In this document: positions 34,614 through 43,266 of the stretch, piece by piece | How the letters are laid out: the number at the start of each line of letters is the position of its first letter | Numbering within the stretch: the stretch's first letter is position 1 | Virus record (IMG/VR): IMGVR_UViG_3300032086_002076 | Span: 10,351-74,350 of that record | Length of the DNA stretch: 64,000 nucleotides | DNA from: a virus | Taxonomy: Duplodnaviria; Heunggongvirae; Uroviricota; Caudoviricetes | Strand: one strand, 5' to 3' | Translations under genes and position numbers: made by a program | Notes under the pieces: model-generated | What the model saw: the letters and a program-made list of their open reading frames with translations, nothing else | Databases searched by the model: none | Told to the model about the DNA's origin: nothing

Positions 34614-35464
34614 TGGCTTTTTCAATTACAGTACCTATTTCAGAAACTTATTTGTGTATAGATAATAAAAAGATTACACTGATGCCTCCTCTTAAACCTA
34701 AACCTAGGAAGATTAAGAGACCTAAGAAGAGAGTATATAACTCTGTAGAGGAAGAAATAGAACATCAAAAATACATAGCAGATAAAATACTAGAAACTTT
34801 CCCTGAAAAGTACTACAATGTTTTAATAGCGGGTGGTGCTCCTAGAGATTGGTACTTAAATAAACCTGCTAAAGATTTAGATGTTTATATACAGACAGTT
34901 ATGGATGAAAATTATAGAGAAAAAGAAGATTTTCTTGACAAACAACTTGATAGCTTAGGTGGTGTTTACATACGCTCAGAGTACAGGAAATTTAATGATG
35001 AAGAATTAGATGAACATGGAGAGATTTGCTATGAAGACGAGGAAGCCAACCCTTATGATGAAGGAGAGATAACAACTTTTTTAGAGTATAATATAGAAGG
35101 TGTAAGGGTAGAGTTTATGTTTATCGAAAAACACCCTAAAGATTATATCTTAGAGAATTTTGATATATCACTATGTAATATTCATTATGGTAAAGAAGGG
35201 ATACAAGCTTCTCATGATTTTATATTCTCTTTAGTTAATAAAACTATATATTGTTACAGTGGTGATAATAGAGTTTCAAAAGATAAACATAAAGAAAAGG
35301 TGGTTAAGAAGTTCCCAGATTTTAAGTGGGATTTATACGATTCTTCTTTTAAAAGAGATTTTGATATTTACTGTCAATGTAATAATATTTATCCATCAAG
35401 AGAACATTTAATTTTACATTTGGAGGAAAAGAATGGAGAGTGTGCTAATACAAAAAGAGATTAA
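34613..35464 (+). CDS. Pol-beta-superfamily nucleotidyltransferase with CCA-adding-enzyme-like head motif
   Basis: LIAGGAPRDWYLNKPAKDLDVYI resembles GGAVRD....DxD of tRNA nucleotidyltransferases; lies just downstream of the tRNA cluster. Confidence 0.45.
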   Translation: MAFSITVPISETYLCIDNKKITLMPPLKPKPRKIKRPKKRVYNSVEEEIEHQKYIADKILETFPEKYYNVLIAGGAPRDWYLNKPAKDLDVYIQTVMDENYREKEDFLDKQLDSLGGVYIRSEYRKFNDEELDEHGEICYEDEEANPYDEGEITTFLEYNIEGVRVEFMFIEKHPKDYILENFDISLCNIHYGKEGIQASHDFIFSLVNKTIYCYSGDNRVSKDKHKEKVVKKFPDFKWDLYDSSFKRDFDIYCQCNNIYPSREHLILHLEEKNGECANTKRD

Positions 35465-35615
35465 ATCAGATGTAGAGATTGAAATTAAAATAGATTCTGT
35501 TAAATGTGATACGTGCAGACAAGATTTAGAACACAGTGTAGAGGCAGATGGTTGGGGAGATTTACAGATAACTGTAGAACCTTGTTCCTGTAACTATGTA
35601 GAGGTTTCTGTATGA
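35433..35615 (+). CDS. small Cys-containing hypothetical protein
   Basis: 60-aa ORF overlapping both neighbours. Confidence 0.3.
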   Translation: MESVLIQKEIKSDVEIEIKIDSVKCDTCRQDLEHSVEADGWGDLQITVEPCSCNYVEVSV

Positions 35616-38038
35616 CAGTAGAAGTTAGAGAAGGAATGCTCCTCAACTTCGATATAGAATCTAATGGTTTATTACATGAAGTAGATAAAGTTTATTGTAT
35701 CTGTGGTCAAGATTATGAAACTAAACAAATGTTTCTATTCCATGATTACCCTGAATACGATGGTAAGAAAGTCTATGATGAGCATGATAATGAATATTAC
35801 TGGATAATGCCAAGAACAGGTACTTTAGAAGAAGGTTATGATTTCTTAGAAAGAGTAGGTAACAATAAAGGTAAATTGATTTGCCATAATGTGTTTGGGT
35901 ATGATTTATTTTTAATCAATAAGTTTAAACCTAAATGGAAAGTACCTATGTCATGTTTACACGATACACTTCTTCAATCACAATGCCAGTGGTTTGACAG
36001 ACCTGTACCTAAAGGTTGTAAAGGTTCTCATGGTTTAAAAGCTTTCGGGAGCAGATTAGGTATAAATAAACCTGAGATAGAAGATTGGTCTTTCATGGAC
36101 GCTTATAAGCTTCACAGGGTTATTGAAGATGTTAAGATTCAAACTAGAACCTATAACTATCTAGAACATGAAAGGTCTGAATTAGAAAAGAAAATCAAAG
36201 GTTCTGATTTTAGTAAAATTTTAAAGAAAGAACACAGGTACAGATTCTACTCTACAATGCAAGAGTTAAATGGTTGTGATGTAGATATACAACACATGGA
36301 AGAGTGTTTAAAAGAACTGGATGGTATTCTTGTAGAGTTAGAAGAAGAATTAGAACCTCAACTGTTTATGACTTTAAAAGTTAGAGCTAACAGGATTGGC
36401 CTTTATGACTTGCAAAAATTATTAGGTTTTAAGAACCCTAGAAGAGGAAAAAGAATATACAAGGAGACTTCAGAAGGAATAGTTGTAGAAGAAGAGAAGA
36501 ATTACTACAAACCCACGACAGACATTTACAAAATAGTTAAAACAAACTCATATACACCAGTTCATAAAAAGACAGGAGAAGCACATGAGGTCAGTTTTGA
36601 AAAGATAGCCCAAGCTAGAGACTATGTTAAGAAGTTAGGTTTTAAAACATCAGATTTTAAATACCCTAAAGAGGTTAAAGAGAGTAAACAACTCAATTTT
36701 CATACATGCAACCATTTTGACCTTAAACCAGAAGACACAGATAAAGTGGTAGGGGCTTTTACTAGGATTCAATATTCAAAATCTAAAATGTCTCAACATA
36801 GTATTGTTAAGATGTTTTTAATAAGTTTAGGTTGGAAACCTTTTGAATGGAACTTTAAAAAAGATGCTAAGACTAACAAATTAGTTAGAAGCGATAAAGC
36901 TTTTAAATACTACTGGCCTGTTAAAGGTAATGGTAAAAACCAAGTGGTTTATCATGTTAGAAAAGGAGGAAACTTACCAACAACACCTAAGCTTACAGAA
37001 GAAAGTTTTGACACCTTACCAGAAGGTATTGGTAAAAAAGTAGCTGAGTACAACACTTACTCTCATAGAAGAAAGTATATACAGAACCCAGACCCTAAGA
37101 ATAGTGATAAGGGTTTAATGCCAAATATTAGGTCTGATGGTAGAATAGCAGGAGGGATTATCACTTTTGGTACTTCTACAGGAAGGGGTGCTCAAAGAGG
37201 TATTGTTAATCTACCATCACCTAATGCCTTGTATGGTGGCAAGATGAGAAAAATTATAGTAGCCCCAAAAGGTTATGATTTAGTTGGTTGTGATATGGCT
37301 GGAGCACAATTAAGATTGGCTGCTGATTTCACTAATAATGAAGAGTACGCTAAAGCTTTGGTCTCAGGTGAAGAAACTGAAGAGAGAGAAGATGGTACAG
37401 AAATTTATCTAGGTACTGATGCTCATACTATCAACTGTATAGGTTTTGGTCTAGCTACAGAAGAAGATAGAGATTTAGCTGTAAAGACTCAACTCAAAAA
37501 GCATATACAATTTATGTCAGATGCTAGAAAGAGAGGTAAGAACGGTACTTATGCAACTATCTTTGGTTGTTCTGGTAATAAGCTAGGTTTAATGTTAGGT
37601 GTTCCCGAACATCAAGGTCAAGAAAGAAAAGAAGCTTTCTTAGCAAAGCTTAAACTAGATATACTGATAGAAGAACTAACAGAGATATATCTTAGAAATA
37701 AATACAGAGGAGGAGGATACATACCTACTTTGGGTGGTTACTACGTTTACTGTAAGAGTCTTCATAAAGTTTTAAACTACAAGATTCAAGGTGCAGAAGC
37801 TATCATTCAAAGATACGCAGTAATCAAAGCATGCGACACTATAAAGAGACAGAAGATGAAGTCAGAACTAATCTTAAATATTCATGACGAATACCTTTTT
37901 AGAAGTCCTTGCGAAGAGTCTAGGGAAATGGCAGCACTTTCGGAAAGCGCATATAAGTGGGCTGCTAAAGAACTTGGTCTCTGGATAGAATTTGGTGGTA
38001 CAGCTAAGATAGGTAAAACCTACTACGATGTTCACTAA
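35612..38038 (+). CDS. DNA polymerase, family A (with 3'-5' exonuclease domain)
   Basis: Exo motif LICHNVFGYDL; motif A LVGCDMAGAQLRLAA; motif B RKRGKNGTYATIFG; motif C NIHDEYLF. Confidence 0.75.
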   Translation: MTVEVREGMLLNFDIESNGLLHEVDKVYCICGQDYETKQMFLFHDYPEYDGKKVYDEHDNEYYWIMPRTGTLEEGYDFLERVGNNKGKLICHNVFGYDLFLINKFKPKWKVPMSCLHDTLLQSQCQWFDRPVPKGCKGSHGLKAFGSRLGINKPEIEDWSFMDAYKLHRVIEDVKIQTRTYNYLEHERSELEKKIKGSDFSKILKKEHRYRFYSTMQELNGCDVDIQHMEECLKELDGILVELEEELEPQLFMTLKVRANRIGLYDLQKLLGFKNPRRGKRIYKETSEGIVVEEEKNYYKPTTDIYKIVKTNSYTPVHKKTGEAHEVSFEKIAQARDYVKKLGFKTSDFKYPKEVKESKQLNFHTCNHFDLKPEDTDKVVGAFTRIQYSKSKMSQHSIVKMFLISLGWKPFEWNFKKDAKTNKLVRSDKAFKYYWPVKGNGKNQVVYHVRKGGNLPTTPKLTEESFDTLPEGIGKKVAEYNTYSHRRKYIQNPDPKNSDKGLMPNIRSDGRIAGGIITFGTSTGRGAQRGIVNLPSPNALYGGKMRKIIVAPKGYDLVGCDMAGAQLRLAADFTNNEEYAKALVSGEETEEREDGTEIYLGTDAHTINCIGFGLATEEDRDLAVKTQLKKHIQFMSDARKRGKNGTYATIFGCSGNKLGLMLGVPEHQGQERKEAFLAKLKLDILIEELTEIYLRNKYRGGGYIPTLGGYYVYCKSLHKVLNYKIQGAEAIIQRYAVIKACDTIKRQKMKSELILNIHDEYLFRSPCEESREMAALSESAYKWAAKELGLWIEFGGTAKIGKTYYDVH

Positions 38039-38101
38039 ATAACTAATGTAAATTAGTAAAAACTTAAGTTAATAATCCTAATTACGGAGGAAATATTTTA
38101 T

Positions 38102-38785
38102 ATGATTATAAAGAAAGCAACATTTATGTACGCTTGTGTAAACACACCAAAACTTGGCTTTAAGAAGAAAGCAGACCCTGATAATAATCTCTTGAATAAA
38201 GAGTACGCTATCGACTTGTTACTTCTACCTGCTGAGTACAAAAAACTTAAAAAAAGTAAATACAAAAAAGTAAAAGCTATCAAAGGTGCTAGAGAGTTTA
38301 CTAAAAAAGAGTTTGAGAAAGATTTCAAATTTGTACCTAAAGAAGAGTATGCTGATGAAGACGGTAACTACGTTGTTATTAAATTAAGACGTTCAGCTAC
38401 CTACACAGATGGTAAACCTTCTCTTGTACCTCTAGTAGGAGGTATTAAAGGTGGTAAAGGTAGTACAATGGGTAAGAAAGACTCTGAAGGTCAAAAAGTA
38501 CTACAAACTACTGCTTTAGGTAATGGTACTATTGGTGATGTACAATGTAAGGAAAGATTATGGAATAACGAACATGGTAAAGGTCTAGCTTTAGATTTAA
38601 TCGCTGTTTGTGTTAGAAATCTTGTACCTTACGAGAAAGAGTTAGAGTTTGATTTTGAAGAAGATGATGACGTTGATGAAGATGATTCGGAAGAAGAAGG
38701 TTTCGACCATGAAGATGACGATGATGATGATTTAGACACTGATGATTCAGAAGAAGATGAAGATGATGAAGGTTGGGATGACTAA
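38102..38785 (+). CDS. ssDNA-binding protein, T7 gp2.5-like, with acidic C-terminal tail
   Basis: YACVNTPK resembles gp2.5 YAYIAKP; long D/E tail ending EGWDD. Confidence 0.45.
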   Translation: MIIKKATFMYACVNTPKLGFKKKADPDNNLLNKEYAIDLLLLPAEYKKLKKSKYKKVKAIKGAREFTKKEFEKDFKFVPKEEYADEDGNYVVIKLRRSATYTDGKPSLVPLVGGIKGGKGSTMGKKDSEGQKVLQTTALGNGTIGDVQCKERLWNNEHGKGLALDLIAVCVRNLVPYEKELEFDFEEDDDVDEDDSEEEGFDHEDDDDDDLDTDDSEEDEDDEGWDD

Positions 38786-38811
38786 TCTAAAAACTCATAA
38801 TAAATAATTAG

Positions 38812-38839
38812 AAAGGGGTTTAATAGCCCCTTCTTTTTG
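38812..38839 (+). terminator. intrinsic terminator
   Basis: aagggg-tttaatag-cccctt followed by cttttt. Confidence 0.5.
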
Positions 38840-38849
38840 AGGAGGTAAA

Positions 38850-39431
38850 ATGAGTACTATTACAACAAACTCAGGTAAGGTGGTTGATTTTTTAAACCCT
38901 AATCCTGAGAGTATTTGTATATTAGATATAGCTAGAGCCTTATCTAAGATTTGTAGATATAGTGGTCAATGTGAAAGTTTCTATTCTGTAGGTGAACACA
39001 GTATTATATTATCAGATATTGTTAGAAAGATGGGTGGTACAGCTAGAGAACAACTATCTGCATTACTACATGATTCTACTGAAGCTTATATGGCTGATAT
39101 CCCTAGAGGTTTAAAAAGACTAATACCTGAATACTCTAAAATTGAAAAAAGATTGATGAGTGTTATAGCAGAAGCTTTAGGTACTGAAGAAATGAATCCT
39201 TTTGTCAAAGATTTAGATACAAATATTGTTAAGAATGAAAGTGATTTATTACTTAAGAAAAAACCTACTTGGTCTTTTAAGTACCAAACTGTTCCTTACT
39301 TTAAGATGTATTTCTATGGTGCAGGGATGAGTGAATTACCTTTCTTAGACAGGTATTATAGATTAAAGGATGAAATGAAGGAGGAAGATTCTTATGATTT
39401 ACGTATGCAGCGTATACTCTCAACTCGCTAA
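38850..39431 (+). CDS. HD-domain phosphohydrolase (YfbR-like 5'-deoxynucleotidase family)
   Basis: H (GEHS) ... HD (LLHDSTEAY) ... D motifs. Confidence 0.55.
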   Translation: MSTITTNSGKVVDFLNPNPESICILDIARALSKICRYSGQCESFYSVGEHSIILSDIVRKMGGTAREQLSALLHDSTEAYMADIPRGLKRLIPEYSKIEKRLMSVIAEALGTEEMNPFVKDLDTNIVKNESDLLLKKKPTWSFKYQTVPYFKMYFYGAGMSELPFLDRYYRLKDEMKEEDSYDLRMQRILSTR

Positions 39432-39777
39432 AGGTTATTCACCAGAAGCTAAAACATTGAGACAGCAAAGATTTGAATATGTAGGAGACAGAATAGCAGG
39501 TTGGATGAATGACGGTTTAAAGGTTTATTCGCCTATCTGTCATTGTCATGAACTAGCTAATAGAAATTCATTACCAAAAGATTATACTTTTTGGCAAGAG
39601 TTTGACAGACATATGATTGATGTAGCAGAAGAAGTATTTGTACTAAAAATGCCATTATGGGAGGACTCAACAGGGATAACTGATGAGGTTAAATATGCTA
39701 AAAGTACAGGTAAGAAAGTCACTTATTTTGAAGTAGACGATTACGAGGAAGACCCTGCATTGTGGGTAACAGTATAG
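39394..39777 (+). CDS. hypothetical protein
   Basis: 127-aa ORF. Confidence 0.45.
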   Translation: MIYVCSVYSQLAKGYSPEAKTLRQQRFEYVGDRIAGWMNDGLKVYSPICHCHELANRNSLPKDYTFWQEFDRHMIDVAEEVFVLKMPLWEDSTGITDEVKYAKSTGKKVTYFEVDDYEEDPALWVTV

Positions 39778-39811
39778 GAGATTAATTATTATTAAATATG
39801 CTTACCTCGAT

Positions 39812-40858
39812 TTGGACAGCGCTGCTTATAAGGGCGCTGCTGGAGTAGAGAAGAAAGAATATAAATGGATTCAATATGAAACTAAACCTGATTTAGAAAG
39901 TGAAGACAGACCAAAAATAATTGGAGAAAGTGAAGGTTTCTCTAAAGCTACTGATGCAGCTCTGTTCATGGAAAGGTTAGGTATGGCAGAAATAGAGGAT
40001 TTAGATTGTTGGGAAAGGGTATGTAATGTTGTTGTAGGTACAGAAGAAGAGACAGAGAAAACAGTTGAAGCTGCTGTTAAAGATTTTGTAGATACAGCTA
40101 AAAAGTTAAGTAAAAATAAGAAAATAAAAATAAAAGGATTCTTAACAGACTCTGGTGATAAACTTAAAACTTTACCTAAGACAGAGAATATGTACCAGTT
40201 CAACAGAGAAGGTAAAGAAAGACCTACTCACTTAGAATATGCTAGACAGTATATGCTTAAGAAATTCCCTTTTGTTTCTATGGCTAAAAAAGGTTGGGAG
40301 GCTGACACTCATTGTGTAGGTCTAGCAGAGAAAAAAGGAAAGGAAGGTGTTATACTTTCCGTAGATAAAGATTTAAAACAAGCAGAAGATACTAACTTCA
40401 TAGATATGAACGAACTACCAACTAGGAGAAAAATACTAGAAACTACTAAATTAGGTAGAGTTTGGGTAGAGGAAGATTATAAAGGTGATAAAGTTTACAA
40501 AGGAGAAGGTTTTAAGTTTCTTTGTTATCAAGCTGCTGTAGGTGACATCTCTGATGGTTATAAAGGTTTAAAAGGGTTCGGTGCAGTAGCAGGAACCAAA
40601 TTACTAGAGCCTTGTAAAACAAAAGAGGAATGTGTACAAAGTCTTTTAGAAGTTTATGAAAAGAAGCTTGCAAAAGGTGTGTTAGATAAGGCTGCTAAAG
40701 ATGCAGGTATTAAACCTAAAGAAGGATATATCAGATACCTTTCTTGGGATGGTCATAAGATGCAGTTGAATGCTAAAAAGTTATTACAACAACATTTTGA
40801 ACTAGCTTATCAAGAACGCTCACCTAAAGATAAATTTAAATTGGAGGATTATCTATGA
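39812..40858 (+). CDS. 5'-3' exonuclease / flap endonuclease (FEN; T5 D15 / T4 RNase H family)
   Basis: N-terminal LDLDSAAYKGA; VILSVDKDLKQ resembles the VSGDKDLLQL motif; H3TH-like GDISDGYKGLKGFGAVAGTKLL. Non-ATG (TTG) start. Confidence 0.6.
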   Translation: MDSAAYKGAAGVEKKEYKWIQYETKPDLESEDRPKIIGESEGFSKATDAALFMERLGMAEIEDLDCWERVCNVVVGTEEETEKTVEAAVKDFVDTAKKLSKNKKIKIKGFLTDSGDKLKTLPKTENMYQFNREGKERPTHLEYARQYMLKKFPFVSMAKKGWEADTHCVGLAEKKGKEGVILSVDKDLKQAEDTNFIDMNELPTRRKILETTKLGRVWVEEDYKGDKVYKGEGFKFLCYQAAVGDISDGYKGLKGFGAVAGTKLLEPCKTKEECVQSLLEVYEKKLAKGVLDKAAKDAGIKPKEGYIRYLSWDGHKMQLNAKKLLQQHFELAYQERSPKDKFKLEDYL

Positions 40859-41055
40859 CAAAGATTAGTGATAATGAAATATTTTATCAAATAGAAGGTA
40901 TATACGAAGGTCAAGATTACATACTTATGGAAAGAGACCACAGAGGTATTATTAATCATGTAATGTTCTCTTGTGGTACTAGATTCAAAATAGACATGTT
41001 AAATATCTACGATGAAGTACTAGATAATTACCTTTTATTGAAAGATAATTCATGA
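40855..41055 (+). CDS. hypothetical protein
   Basis: 66-aa ORF with overlapping stops. Confidence 0.4.
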   Translation: MTKISDNEIFYQIEGIYEGQDYILMERDHRGIINHVMFSCGTRFKIDMLNIYDEVLDNYLLLKDNS

Positions 41056-41561
41056 GAGTATTATCAGTAGACCAAAGTTTATCCTGTACAGCTTGGTGCG
41101 TTGCTTCAAAAGAAACAGACGGAACTATAACAGTTGAAGATTTTGGTATAATTAAAACTAATAAAGAACTTACTCTCTACCAAAGAATTATTAAGATAAG
41201 AGACGCTTTAATCTCAGTTATTAAAGATAATGGTGGTATAGATGAGGTAGTTTTTGAACAGTTAGCTTTTGGTGGCTATGGTAATGCTTCTAGAAATCTA
41301 GCAGGGCTACTAGCTTCAGTTATTATAGGTTTGTTAGATGAAGGTTTGTACACAGAAGAAGAGATACACCTTATTGCACCTAAAGCAGCTAAGAAAATAT
41401 TAACAGGTAATGGTAATGCTTCTAAAGATTTAATGGTAGAGAGTTTACCTAAAGACTTAAGGTCAAGATTTACAGAAGAAGGTTATAAGAAAACAACAGG
41501 TTTAAGAGATTTAGCTGACTCTTATGCTATAAGTCTTGGCTATTTTAAGAAGGAGAGTTAA
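41052..41561 (+). CDS. RuvC-like Holliday-junction resolvase
   Basis: MRVLSVDQSLSCTAW resembles RuvC MIILGIDPGS; the E/D catalytic pattern continues. Confidence 0.5.
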   Translation: MRVLSVDQSLSCTAWCVASKETDGTITVEDFGIIKTNKELTLYQRIIKIRDALISVIKDNGGIDEVVFEQLAFGGYGNASRNLAGLLASVIIGLLDEGLYTEEEIHLIAPKAAKKILTGNGNASKDLMVESLPKDLRSRFTEEGYKKTTGLRDLADSYAISLGYFKKES

Positions 41562-41839
41562 TGTCATTTTTTAAAGAAACAGAATATAAAGTAGTATCAG
41601 TATCTGATATGTTAAATCACCCGAACTATGAAGAACTAAATGAAAAAGGTGATGAAGGTTTATATAGAATTTTATGGGATATGGGGATTGATATTCATAA
41701 TAAGAAAGAACTAGAGTACTCTTATTGTCAACACAGAAGTGATGTGACTAAACAAGTTGTACATTGTGGTAGATGGGTTGGTGCTCTAAGGAAAGATGAT
41801 GAATGGAAAAGAATTATGTATATGATTAGGGGGTACTAG
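41561..41839 (+). CDS. hypothetical protein
   Basis: 92-aa ORF. Confidence 0.45.
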   Translation: MSFFKETEYKVVSVSDMLNHPNYEELNEKGDEGLYRILWDMGIDIHNKKELEYSYCQHRSDVTKQVVHCGRWVGALRKDDEWKRIMYMIRGY

Positions 41840-42828
41840 TGGGAAAAGTTACAACACAAGAACAAATTGATGAGATTATTAAACTCAAGAAAGAGAGAGT
41901 TACTCATAGAGAAATAGCAAAAAGAGTTCTAGGTAGTGTTTCCAAAGCTAGTACTGTTTACGATGTACTTAAAAGAGAATTCTATGATAAGGAAGATATA
42001 GATAAAGTTATGGAGAAACCTAAGATACTAGTTCTTGATATAGAGACAGCCCCTATAAAAGGTTTAGTTTGGGGACTTTGGCAAAACAACTTAAGTCTTA
42101 CACAGATTGATAGTGATTGGTTTATTCTTAGTTTTGCTGCATACTGGTTAACTAATGAAGAAGACTTACTTAACAAAAGAGATGAAGATAAAGTTATTTA
42201 TGACGATTTAAGGGGTGAAGTTATCAAAGAAAATGATAATAAACTGTTAAGTCAATTATGGAAGTTATTAGATGAAGCTGACATTATAATCACTCAGAAT
42301 GGTAAGAAGTTTGATGAGAAAAAGATTAATGCAAGATTTATATTAAATGGGTATTCTAAACCTTCACCATATAAACACATTGATACTCTACAGATAGCTA
42401 AAAAACAGTTTGGTTTCACTTCTAACAAATTAGCTTATATGACTGAAAAATTATGTACAGTCTATAAGAAACTAGAGCATGGTAACTTTTTTGGTTTTCA
42501 TCTATGGGAACAAGTTTTAAAAGAGAACCCTTTAGCTTGGGACGAGATGGAAGAGTATAACAGGTATGATGTACTAAGTTTAGCTGAGTTATATTATGTT
42601 ATGAGGTCATGGGATTCTTATGCTCCAAATATCGCACTATATAATGACGAGGAAACTTCTCAATGTAATGTGTGTAGTTCTACTAATCTTAAACAGAATG
42701 GCTATGCTTATACAAACCTTAGTAAGTTCCAAAAGTATCTATGTGGTGATTGTGGTGCTCATGTTAGAGGTAGAGTAAACCTTAACTCTAAAGAAAAGAT
42801 GAAAACCTTAAATATGAATGTGAGGTAG
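41839..42828 (+). CDS. DEDD-family 3'-5' exonuclease with C-terminal zinc ribbon
   Basis: Exo I motif VLDIETAP; QNGKKFDEK; C-terminal CNVCS..CGDCG. Confidence 0.55.
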   Translation: MGKVTTQEQIDEIIKLKKERVTHREIAKRVLGSVSKASTVYDVLKREFYDKEDIDKVMEKPKILVLDIETAPIKGLVWGLWQNNLSLTQIDSDWFILSFAAYWLTNEEDLLNKRDEDKVIYDDLRGEVIKENDNKLLSQLWKLLDEADIIITQNGKKFDEKKINARFILNGYSKPSPYKHIDTLQIAKKQFGFTSNKLAYMTEKLCTVYKKLEHGNFFGFHLWEQVLKENPLAWDEMEEYNRYDVLSLAELYYVMRSWDSYAPNIALYNDEETSQCNVCSSTNLKQNGYAYTNLSKFQKYLCGDCGAHVRGRVNLNSKEKMKTLNMNVR

Positions 42829-42834
42829 TTATTT

Positions 42835-43095
42835 ATGAATTATAAAGAAAGTAATAAGATTGTTACAGAGAGATTTAAAATAGTTGCAGAAATAAAATCT
42901 CATAAGGAGTATTCAGATTGGATGTTTAACTGGATAGAGGTATATTATAATATGTCTAAACAAAAACATTACATTTCTGTTTATGAACCAGATAATTATC
43001 TTTTATACGATGGAGATTCTGTGGACGAAGCTATATGGTCTTTTAAAAAGAGTACTCTTGGTATGGAAGACGCTTCATACATGCGGGAGGTATAG
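42835..43095 (+). CDS. hypothetical protein
   Basis: 86-aa ORF. Confidence 0.45.
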   Translation: MNYKESNKIVTERFKIVAEIKSHKEYSDWMFNWIEVYYNMSKQKHYISVYEPDNYLLYDGDSVDEAIWSFKKSTLGMEDASYMREV

Positions 43096-43098
43096 TTA

Positions 43099-43266
43099 GA
43101 TGAATTACAAACAATTCTTAGTAGTGTTCAAAAAGGGTTTTAAGCTTCCTAAGATTCTTGAATACTTAGATAAAGATGACTTTGAAAAAGAGGAAATCTC
43201 TGAAAGTTTCAAAGAACATTTTAATAATTACATGAATGAAGTAAGATTTAAAAGAGGTATTTTATG
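43099..43266 (+). CDS. small ORF (55 aa, absent from the ORF track)
   Basis: ATG after the sequence tatagttag; the stop overlaps the RNR start (ATGA). Confidence 0.3.
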
